From IMG/VR virus record IMGVR_UViG_3300027714_000009, positions 26,379 through 90,378 of that record: a DNA stretch of 64,000 bases; one strand, given 5' to 3'. This DNA is from a virus. This document shows positions 51,179 to 58,996 of the stretch, piece by piece. The notes beneath the pieces are model-generated. The model was given only the letters and a program-made list of their open reading frames with translations. It did no database searches and was not told the DNA's origin. Position numbers and translations under genes: made by a program. How positions within the stretch are numbered: position 1 is the stretch's first letter; every line of letters starts with the position of its first letter.

Positions 51179-51360
51179 AGAGATTTCTCCAATCAAATAT
51201 ATTTGATATGCGTATAATCTTTACACGCATAAGTATACCAATTGCTTAAAAAGGCATACTACGTTGATTTTATAAAAAGAATAAAACCTACGCAATGTAT
51301 TTATATGAAATTGCTCTCTATTAACCTATATGATTATGTTTATTTTGGAACCAATTTAGA

Positions 51361-52566
51361 TTAAATTGGCATGTACCTAAAGTCAACGACTGAACTCGTT
51401 GCTGGTGCTATAGTAATAGTTAGTGTGGTACCAACTATACTGTATTCTGTTGGAGCTAATACTGCTCCATTAACAATAACAAGTACACTATGAACAGAAT
51501 GTCCTGCTTGGATTGTGTAATCCTTTGTAGTGTTGTCACCTGTGTACTGACTACTAGTATATATCAATTTTAAGTGATTGTTTTCTATGCAGTTATCTGG
51601 AAAAGCAGTAGTTTGTGAGAATGAATATCTATACTTTACATAAACATCTGTTCCTGCTATAGGCATGTCTGTAAATACTAGCTGATCACCAGTAATAGTA
51701 AATATGTCTGGTCTTTGTAATACATCATCAACATATACATCAACTGCTTCTGTTGTAGCTGGAGTTTCTGATAATGTAAATGTACTGCTTGAACCTGTTG
51801 CAATAAATGTTTCTGCTGGTGCTATTGATGATACTGGTAATGCTAAGTCGTTTCTTAGTAGTGCTTCTAAACTAGTTAAGTCAGTTGATGTAGCAAATGC
51901 ACTATCCGCACTTTGAAATGCTGAAACAATTTCTGTAAGTGAGTCAAGTACTGCTGGATCAGTATTAGTTAAGATGCTACTTACTTGTGTTTGTAAAGAT
52001 GCAATACTATTATTAATATTTGCTGTTTCAGCAGGATCTGTTACACCTAGTTGGCCGCCGTAAACTGCACCACTTATGTAAACACTTTTATCTGTAAACG
52101 TTTTTCCATTTGGAAGACTATCACCAATAAAGTTAAGTACACCACTTTGGTAATCAAAGAACCATTCGTCACTATTACCGCTACCGGTAACAAATACTTT
52201 GTTAGCTAAACTTTCTGCATTGTCGGGATCATTCTCATCATGTATATAAACACTTACTAAGTATGTGCTACCAAACTCAGGAGTAATCCAATCTATAGTA
52301 TTTGTTTTCCAGGTTCTATTTCCTGTTGCTGTAATATCTTCAGTACACTCAATTGCAGTTTTAATAGTAACAGTGGGTGTTGTAGCATTTGGTTTAACAC
52401 CAGGTATGCTTCCAGACTCTGCCCATACTCTATCACCACGTAGTAAAAGTGGACTAGCTATACTTTCGTTAGCCGCTAACTTATTTGCATTTGTGTCTGT
52501 TTTTGTACTACCATAACCTAATTTCTTAAATAGATAGTCAATTTTTTGATTATTAGAAATAGCCAT
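51361..52566 (-). CDS. Virion structural protein (fibre/baseplate-associated)
   Basis: WFFDYQSGVLNF; DPAVLDSLTEIV; two small beta repeats (VYVDDVLQ, VIVNGAVL). Confidence 0.7.
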   Translation of the reverse strand: MAISNNQKIDYLFKKLGYGSTKTDTNANKLAANESIASPLLLRGDRVWAESGSIPGVKPNATTPTVTIKTAIECTEDITATGNRTWKTNTIDWITPEFGSTYLVSVYIHDENDPDNAESLANKVFVTGSGNSDEWFFDYQSGVLNFIGDSLPNGKTFTDKSVYISGAVYGGQLGVTDPAETANINNSIASLQTQVSSILTNTDPAVLDSLTEIVSAFQSADSAFATSTDLTSLEALLRNDLALPVSSIAPAETFIATGSSSTFTLSETPATTEAVDVYVDDVLQRPDIFTITGDQLVFTDMPIAGTDVYVKYRYSFSQTTAFPDNCIENNHLKLIYTSSQYTGDNTTKDYTIQAGHSVHSVLVIVNGAVLAPTEYSIVGTTLTITIAPATSSVVDFRYMPI

Positions 52567-55500
52567 TAGCTAGCTTCCCCTACTTGTAACTGTGTTATAC
52601 TTTTGCCAGTTGCTAATCCAATTCTAACTAAAACAACATTGTTTGTTGCATTAGACATGTTTTCACTACCTAGTGTCATTGTATAACTTGCATTGATATT
52701 CGTATCAGTTGGTATAACGTCTGCACCCGATAACGCACAACCGTTGCCGCCGTTACCGCCATTTGCTGTGTTACTTCCTGGTACGCCAACACCTTGGTAT
52801 TGTGACGTACATTCTATCCAACCGTTTAATCCACTTGACGAATCAATTGTTGTTCCTGGTGCTGCTATCCACATTCCAGTAATTCCGCTTGAAGTGATAT
52901 CAATATCAAAGTTAGCAACAACTTTTCTACGGAATGCAAATGTAAAGTATTGAGTTCCTGTGTCTGAACTTCTGTCTGGTCCTACTGGTAAAAATCCTGT
53001 AGAATAATCTGTTGTATTGTGTTCTACTACGCCCCATCTTACTGTGGCGTCTTGTGTACCACTTACACTAACTGCACCAGTGAATGGTGAAGCCGCATAA
53101 TCAGTAGCACTATTAATAGTTGGGGTATCTGTTCCATAAGCAATGAAATCAACAATACGAATACCATTGTCTGTAATTACTCCATTTCCTAAAGATGCAC
53201 TAACATCAATGCTGTCCTCTATAATGCCTGTAGGATTAGCTGTATGCACCTGTACAGCGGTGTTTGCCAACTCTACGTAGTTTGAGCTACCATTGACGTT
53301 ATTAGCCTTGAATTTAAGCGTCTCAACGGTCTTAACATTACTTGTTGTTATGTTAATAAGTTGGTCTGCAAAGCTGTAAGTCAATGTATTTGCTTGTGGA
53401 ATTCCACTAGTTAAATAAGTTGCGTCTTCTAAATCAGCATATCCTTTAAACTGTGTACTAACTGTTGCACCTGTAGTGTTTTCAGAATTAGTACCATTAG
53501 TAATCTCAAGAACTAAGTTTGTATCTGTATACGCTTGTCCTATCCAATTACTAATTTCAATGCCGCTTATTGACAATGTCGGGCTACCTGTGTTATAGTA
53601 AGGTATGCCCGATATGTATCTATAAGTTCCTGCATTGTTTTCAGAAAGAATCGAACCAGTAATATCAAGTGTAGGTACGGCAGTTAAGTCATCACACACA
53701 ACGGTTACGTAGTTTGTATTACCTGTATTACTGTGTTCTATTCTTTCATCATTCACACCTGTTGGGTACTCTGCAAAAGGTTTATTAATTTTTGCATCAA
53801 ATGTTTGGTAAAAACCTGTAGGATATGTTGAAGCACTTATTGTATTATTAGCATCGTCTTGTCCGCTAACCACTAAGCTATCATGTATCCCATTTTCGTT
53901 TAGTGTGTTACTAAACGTAGTAGTTCCATCTGCTGATCCATTTATCATTGCTGATAATGTTCCTGCTAATCCGTTATATGCATTTTGTGCAATTGTTGTA
54001 TCAATGGTTCCACTTGTATATCTTCTTGCTACAGTAGTATTCAACGAATCACTAGCAACTAGTGGACTTGAACTACTGTTATCAGTAAACCCGCTAGCTA
54101 GTTTTGGATTAATACCTACTGCTGGATTATCTAATGTTATTGTTTTTGTACTTAAACCAGCAGGTGCAGATGGAACTGCATTAACCTGGAAAGGTAAGCT
54201 AGCTGTATCTGTTTGTGCTGTTATGTCTGGTGTTCCTGTTGCTGTAAAATCTAATGCATAGTTACCAGGTGCAATGCCTGTAAAATCATGTTGGACACTT
54301 GCTAGTCCAGCTTCTATATCATTAGCACTAGCATCATTCCAATCATATATATGACTGTCACCATTTTCACTTAAATTATTTACTGTTACTAATGCTCTGT
54401 TTATGCTGTTATAATCAACGCCGTCATATACATCATATTGATTATCACCCGTACGGTCTGAAATTGTATCAACGCTACCTGTAATGTTTGCTCTAACATC
54501 TGGTTCAACATGTATTGTAAAATCTGAACTTATGAATGGACTACTTGTATGATCACTAATAACTTTTAGTCTTCCAGTAAAATCTTCTGCTGTACTATTA
54601 GATGCTAATGTATACTTGTGCGAAATAGAAGTACCAGTGTCGCCAGCTTGTCCACTTCCTGCATTAACTGTTGTAGTTGCACCATCACCAAATTCCCACA
54701 GATACGTTATTCCGTATGTGCTGTAATCTCCTATAGTGCTTTCTGTATTGTTTGTAAACTGAATAGTTAAGCCATTGTTTGACTCTTCGTTTATACCTGT
54801 TGTTAAGTTTGATACAGTGTCTGGAGTATGTGTATCATATATCTTATAAGATGAATTATCATCTATTGGTAACAGAGCTGGTGTTGCAGTATTATGATTA
54901 TCAAGTGTTAGTGCAACGGTCCTTGTAACATCAGTTTCTGATGCAAGGGCAAATGTGTGGGCTATACGTCCGCCGCCGACTCCACCTGCTACACTATCTG
55001 AAGTAATTACGTCATCACCTGATGAGTCTCCCCATGCCCAAGTATATTGAATTATTGCACCGGTGGTGCTTGATGTTGTATTCTCAAAATATACAGTATC
55101 TCCATCATTCCAATATGCAATTGCATTTCCTCCTATAAGGGAGTCGTATGCAGTAAATGAAACAATTGGATCTCCTGTGAAAATTGCAATATAATCTTCT
55201 CTTAATTTTTGTGCTGAACTACCTGCACCAGTTCCAGTGTCATTAAACGCTGTTACGTTTACATCAAATGGACTGCCTGCATTTGTAGCATAGGTATGTG
55301 TAGGTGTTGAATCTGATGTAGCTGTAGTAGAATTGCCATCACCCCAAGCAATTGTATATTTGTTTGGATTACCTACTGAAGTAATAGTTAGAGTAGCTGT
55401 TAATCCTGCACCACCTGATATAATATCAGAGACAAAATCAACAGACTTAACATAAGAGTCTGTTCTAATGTTTTCAATAATTTCTAAAACGGAATCAGTA

Positions 55501-55700
55501 TCAGCATCACCTGAAGCATCAACGTTTAAAATTGCAGTTTCTAAATATACTTTTGTAACAAGATCTTGAGGATCAACTGGGTCGGAAGCATTTTTAACTA
55601 TTTTAGCAGATACGTCAATGTTGTTAGATGCGCCAGCATCTAATATTAAATCACTATCTGATTTAAGTTTTCCTGCACTATGGTTAATGTTAATTGCCAA
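52566..55700 (-). CDS. Large virion protein with PKD-like domains
   Basis: IAWGDG, WAWGD, WEFGDG PKD signatures; QYFTFAFRR; TTG start with GAGG SD. Confidence 0.75.
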   Translation of the reverse strand: MAININHSAGKLKSDSDLILDAGASNNIDVSAKIVKNASDPVDPQDLVTKVYLETAILNVDASGDADTDSVLEIIENIRTDSYVKSVDFVSDIISGGAGLTATLTITSVGNPNKYTIAWGDGNSTTATSDSTPTHTYATNAGSPFDVNVTAFNDTGTGAGSSAQKLREDYIAIFTGDPIVSFTAYDSLIGGNAIAYWNDGDTVYFENTTSSTTGAIIQYTWAWGDSSGDDVITSDSVAGGVGGGRIAHTFALASETDVTRTVALTLDNHNTATPALLPIDDNSSYKIYDTHTPDTVSNLTTGINEESNNGLTIQFTNNTESTIGDYSTYGITYLWEFGDGATTTVNAGSGQAGDTGTSISHKYTLASNSTAEDFTGRLKVISDHTSSPFISSDFTIHVEPDVRANITGSVDTISDRTGDNQYDVYDGVDYNSINRALVTVNNLSENGDSHIYDWNDASANDIEAGLASVQHDFTGIAPGNYALDFTATGTPDITAQTDTASLPFQVNAVPSAPAGLSTKTITLDNPAVGINPKLASGFTDNSSSSPLVASDSLNTTVARRYTSGTIDTTIAQNAYNGLAGTLSAMINGSADGTTTFSNTLNENGIHDSLVVSGQDDANNTISASTYPTGFYQTFDAKINKPFAEYPTGVNDERIEHSNTGNTNYVTVVCDDLTAVPTLDITGSILSENNAGTYRYISGIPYYNTGSPTLSISGIEISNWIGQAYTDTNLVLEITNGTNSENTTGATVSTQFKGYADLEDATYLTSGIPQANTLTYSFADQLINITTSNVKTVETLKFKANNVNGSSNYVELANTAVQVHTANPTGIIEDSIDVSASLGNGVITDNGIRIVDFIAYGTDTPTINSATDYAASPFTGAVSVSGTQDATVRWGVVEHNTTDYSTGFLPVGPDRSSDTGTQYFTFAFRRKVVANFDIDITSSGITGMWIAAPGTTIDSSSGLNGWIECTSQYQGVGVPGSNTANGGNGGNGCALSGADVIPTDTNINASYTMTLGSENMSNATNNVVLVRIGLATGKSITQLQVGEAS

Positions 55701-55767
55701 CTTATATACCTCACAAATTCTTCGCTCTTGCGTCTATTGTATTTACTCTTTTTTAGACCAGCGTTTT

Positions 55768-55935
55768 TTAAACTACGCTAGCAAGGCTCTTTGTAGATTT
55801 ATATATTATATCAGCATTTTTATTGGTCGTTAAGAACAGAAGCACGTTGGCCTCGCTCATTATTAATGATTTGGCCTTTACAGGACTTTTCGTAACCAGT
55901 TTTCCAGACTCTGGAGTAATGTGTGATGACATCAT
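55768..55935 (-). CDS. Small hypothetical protein (55 aa)
   Basis: MMSSHITPESGKLV...; AGGA SD; GATAAATA upstream. Confidence 0.4.
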   Translation of the reverse strand: MMSSHITPESGKLVTKSPVKAKSLIMSEANVLLFLTTNKNADIIYKSTKSLASVV

Positions 55936-56098
55936 ATTATATTCCTACTACTTCCTATTATTGTACATGTATTTATCATTTCTGCTAGAAGTAAAACAGA
56001 AAGTCAAAATACCTGTCAAAATGTCGCTTTTAAATAAATACTACTATGTTCAGCTATACATTATGTATTAAAGCACGAAAGAATTTGTACCACAAATA

Positions 56099-56281
56099 AT
56101 GTGGTCAAGCCCGGCTGAACTGTATCCAATACATATAGCACCCGACTTAGCACCAGAGGGCCAAAGGCCACTAGTTGAACCATCTACTCATAAGGTAAAT
56201 GTGGAATATCTAGTAGTACAGCCGTCAAGGGAGCCGTATGGTATACCACAAGAATACACAAGGAGACTATGGATATGTTAG
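56099..56281 (+). CDS. Small hypothetical protein
   Basis: 60-aa ORF overlapping the next start; ATAAATA upstream. Confidence 0.4.
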   Translation: MWSSPAELYPIHIAPDLAPEGQRPLVEPSTHKVNVEYLVVQPSREPYGIPQEYTRRLWIC

Positions 56282-56706
56282 CAGAATTAATGATAGCCAA
56301 TGCGGCGTTTAAGGTCATCAAGACTACTATTGCCAATGGCAGGGAGATTGCTGATGCAGGCACAGCAATAACAAAGTACTTCGGTGCTGAAAAAGCAATT
56401 AACAAACAAGTTAAGGCTGGCACTGGAAATGTTATGGAAGCATTTCAAGCTCAGGAACAACTAAAGAAGAACGAAAGAGACTTAGAGTTTATGCTCAACA
56501 AGCAAAGACTGCATGGCTACGTAGACTTTTGTAAATTTAGAAAGCAATACAATGCAGGTTTAAAAATACAAGCTACCAATCGAAAGAAAGCTAACGCTAA
56601 AGCTACCCAGTCTACAATGACTATTGCATTGAGTGCTGGTATCTTCTTAATATTAGCTATAGCTGGTGTATTTTTTGGGGTTGCGAAAGTAAAAGGTTTG
56701 ATATGA
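56269..56706 (+). CDS. Hypothetical protein with C-terminal transmembrane helix
   Basis: AAGGAG SD; IALSAGIFLILAIAGVFFGV. Confidence 0.7.
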   Translation: MDMLAELMIANAAFKVIKTTIANGREIADAGTAITKYFGAEKAINKQVKAGTGNVMEAFQAQEQLKKNERDLEFMLNKQRLHGYVDFCKFRKQYNAGLKIQATNRKKANAKATQSTMTIALSAGIFLILAIAGVFFGVAKVKGLI

Positions 56707-56867
56707 TACAAGCTGGTAAGCTAAACATTATTCATGCAGATGAAATTTATGAATGTATAGCTTGCAACAAAATGTATACTGAAGAAGCTATGTATGCACA
56801 CGAAGAAGTATGCCCTAAGATACCAGCGTACCTCGAGTGGCTTAAAACACAAGAAACAGAAAGTTAG
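56703..56867 (+). CDS. 54-aa C2HC zinc-finger protein
   Basis: ATGA-coupled; MIQAGKLNIIHADEIYECIACNKMYTEEAMYAHEEVCPKIP...; not in the ORF track. Confidence 0.6.
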   Translation: MIQAGKLNIIHADEIYECIACNKMYTEEAMYAHEEVCPKIPAYLEWLKTQETES

Positions 56868-56869
56868 CC

Positions 56870-56897
56870 AAAAAAAAAGACACCTAAGTGTCTTTTT
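56870..56897. terminator. Bidirectional terminator between convergent genes
   Basis: A-tract, GACAC-CTAA-GTGTC, T-tract. Confidence 0.8.
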
Positions 56898-56917
56898 AAA
56901 TATAAGCATTGCTTATT

Positions 56918-58396
56918 TTATTTGTCTTTTACTGTGGCTTCACCACCTTCTCCGCCCGATGCATTATTTTGCCAATTTTCTTGTGGGCTAAATTTGTGCA
57001 ACCATGACTTTGCAATATCCGGCTTAGTGACTTCTTTAATAAAGAAGTTAATAGGGATTCCGCAATCGCCTGCTGCGGCTTTAACAACGTAATCATCAAA
57101 TGCTGTCATTAACGAGTTAACATCAATAATCTTATTATTATCATTATCAACTGTTGACAAGTTAGAAACAACTCCAGTAATATAACTATTGTTTAACGAT
57201 ATAGCTTGAGCGCCTGCTTTGGCTGCGTTTGCATCGCTAGATATACTATTTACTGTTGAACTAGTAGAACCTTGAATTGCTCCAAGTTGTTCCATTACTT
57301 CACTTGCTGATGGTTTTAACTGACTGATACTAGTCTTGACTTGATTACTTTTTAACGAAGGGATAAGTCCCATTGTTACAAGCGAACAGTGTGATGATAA
57401 TTCTGAATTACTTAACATACTCTTAACACTATTGCTAAATTCTGCATCGGATCCAAATTCACCTTTTCCGTGTGCATAAAATGCTCCAAATTCCAGTACT
57501 GCTTTAGCTTGTGCTGATACTGCTGCTGAACTCTGTGCTGATTTTGTTTCTTCAACTTGTAGTACGTGTACCATTCCAACAAACGAACTACCTACTGTTT
57601 GTCCTGAAAGAAGAGACAGTACTTCACCAGCTTTAGCTGGTACGCTTGCTGCGGCTGTAATTTCTTCTGGTGAATTCATTTTATCAGGCATCAACGCATT
57701 CCATGCTGTTACTGCTTTTATTGGGTCCATTACAAACGGAGCAAATACTTCTGATATCTTATGAGTACACGTAGCTGTAATTACTAGTGTTCCTGCAATC
57801 TTATGCTTTGAAGTTTGAGCAAGTGTTGAACTTTTTACTGATCTAGCTACACTAGCACTAATCTTTGGGCCAAATATATATTTGACACTTCCAGATGCTG
57901 CTGTAGCTGTTGCTTCGGCGTGTGCGCCTGAATAATCATCTTCGTTTTCGTTACGAATAAATTGAGCATCAGTAATCATTGTATCTGAGCTGAGTGCTAA
58001 TTTTTTAATTTGGGATTTTTCCCAGTCTATTGGACTCTCTGGGTGAGATTGAATTGTTCCACCTGCTTTGTGTGCATCTGATTTAGCTTTCTGAATTAAA
58101 GGCTGTTGCTTTAATACTGCAGCACCATACTCAGTTGCGGCTTGGGTTAAACCTTCTTCTGTTTTAGTAATTGATTCAGCAAACTTTCCCAAAGCTCCTT
58201 TGGGTACATTTGAATTTATCATTTCTTGCATAGTCATATCTAACTTATGCTTTGAAGTAATTAATGCATTTAATTTTTCTTCAGCTTCATTTACTGGTTC
58301 TTGTTGTTGTGCGATTGTATTCAATAGTTTAATTTGATTTGGGTCAACTATGTTGCCTAATACTAAACCTGAATCGAAAGGGATTGTTGACGGCAT
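56918..58396 (-). CDS. 492-aa protein, possible MACPF/CDC-like fold
   Basis: AGGAG SD; N-terminal coiled coil; layout resembles the CDC core, ending GIPINFFIK. Confidence 0.55.
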   Translation of the reverse strand: MPSTIPFDSGLVLGNIVDPNQIKLLNTIAQQQEPVNEAEEKLNALITSKHKLDMTMQEMINSNVPKGALGKFAESITKTEEGLTQAATEYGAAVLKQQPLIQKAKSDAHKAGGTIQSHPESPIDWEKSQIKKLALSSDTMITDAQFIRNENEDDYSGAHAEATATAASGSVKYIFGPKISASVARSVKSSTLAQTSKHKIAGTLVITATCTHKISEVFAPFVMDPIKAVTAWNALMPDKMNSPEEITAAASVPAKAGEVLSLLSGQTVGSSFVGMVHVLQVEETKSAQSSAAVSAQAKAVLEFGAFYAHGKGEFGSDAEFSNSVKSMLSNSELSSHCSLVTMGLIPSLKSNQVKTSISQLKPSASEVMEQLGAIQGSTSSTVNSISSDANAAKAGAQAISLNNSYITGVVSNLSTVDNDNNKIIDVNSLMTAFDDYVVKAAAGDCGIPINFFIKEVTKPDIAKSWLHKFSPQENWQNNASGGEGGEATVKDK

Positions 58397-58473
58397 ATGA
58401 TTTTCTCCTATTCATTGCGACATATAAAGTTTATTATATACTGTGTTATTAATTATAACAATTGTATTTATGA

Positions 58474-58548
58474 TGGCAAAGGTGAACGGATTCGAACCGC
58501 TAATTTTGGATTTGGAATCCAACGTGTTACCATTAACACTACACCCCT
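58474..58548 (-). tRNA. trnW: tRNA-Trp (CCA), 75 nt, encoded CCA end
   Basis: AGGGGTG acceptor; D stem GTGT/ACAC; anticodon stem TTGGA/TCCAA with loop TT-CCA-AA; T arm AGCGG-TTCGAAT-CCGTT; G73-CCA. Confidence 0.95.
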
Positions 58549-58550
58549 AT

Positions 58551-58584
58551 AAAAAAAGCCCCCAACACGTTAATGCTAGGGGCT
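58551..58584 (-). terminator. Attenuator terminator (3:4 hairpin) directly upstream of tRNA-Trp
   Basis: AGCCCCTAGCAT-TAAC-GTGTTGGGGGCT then a T-tract ending 2 nt before the tRNA 5' end. Confidence 0.9.
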
Positions 58585-58610
58585 TGTAAAAAATAACCTT
58601 TTGATTAAAG

Positions 58611-58679
58611 TTACATCAAGACACACCTAGACATTGCTGTCCAGCACCAATAAAATGATTGTTGTGTATTCTTGTGCAT
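58611..58679 (-). CDS. Trp leader peptide MHKNTQQSFYWCWTAMSRCVLM (trpL-like)
   Basis: AGGA SD (58688-58691); TGG-TGC-TGG at codons 11-13; overlaps the alternative hairpins. Confidence 0.85.
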   Translation of the reverse strand: MHKNTQQSFYWCWTAMSRCVLM

Positions 58680-58717
58680 TGGGTAATTCCTGTTGTTGTT
58701 ATTTCTAGTATGTATTA

Positions 58718-58746
58718 ACTATAACATTATTATTTATCTGTGTCAA
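58718..58746 (-). promoter_or_regulatory. sigma70 promoter of the leader/tRNA unit
   Basis: TTGACA (58741-58746), 17 nt, TGn-TATAGT (58718-58723); a GATAAATA late-type motif lies in the spacer. Confidence 0.85.
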
Positions 58747-58846
58747 CCGTTTTCAAATAAAATCTGCGGAATAACACTTTTCTTTTTTGATCTAATTTTC
58801 GTTCTGCGATTAGTTGTAAGTATCTCATTAACGTGAACTTATCCAT
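58730..58846 (-). CDS. 38-aa basic peptide MDKFTLMRYLQLIAERKLDQKRKVLFRRFYLKTVDTDK
   Basis: AGGAG SD; start reassigned to ATG 58846, downstream of the riboswitch-like element. Confidence 0.7.
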   Translation of the reverse strand: MDKFTLMRYLQLIAERKLDQKRKVLFRRFYLKTVDTDK

Positions 58847-58871
58847 AAACACTCTCCTAATTAAAGTTAAG

Positions 58872-58918
58872 TGCGTTCCTTCGCTATTGCTACTTCCGTC
58901 CTGCGTCTGGATGAACGA
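58872..58918 (-). ncRNA. glnA-type (glutamine-I) riboswitch-like element
   Basis: CGTTC-A-TCC(N7)GGA-CGGAAGTA-GC(AATA)GC-GAAG-GAACG: P1 CGTTC/GAACG, P2, and P3 with AGUA/GAA E-loop. Confidence 0.75.
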
Positions 58919-58946
58919 CACATGTATTTATGACACCGCAGTCAAT

Positions 58947-58971
58947 AAAACAGGCCCCGAAGGACCTGTTT
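58947..58971 (-). terminator. Terminator of the major capsid gene
   Basis: AAACAGGTCC-TTCG-GGGCCTGTTTT. Confidence 0.88.
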
Positions 58972-58996
58972 CAATTTTAATTCTTCTAGTAATTTC

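Noticed and set aside
58847-58921. N-terminal extension of the 63-aa ORF in the track
   Set aside because: It runs through the riboswitch-like element and lacks an SD; the ATG at 58846 has AGGAG
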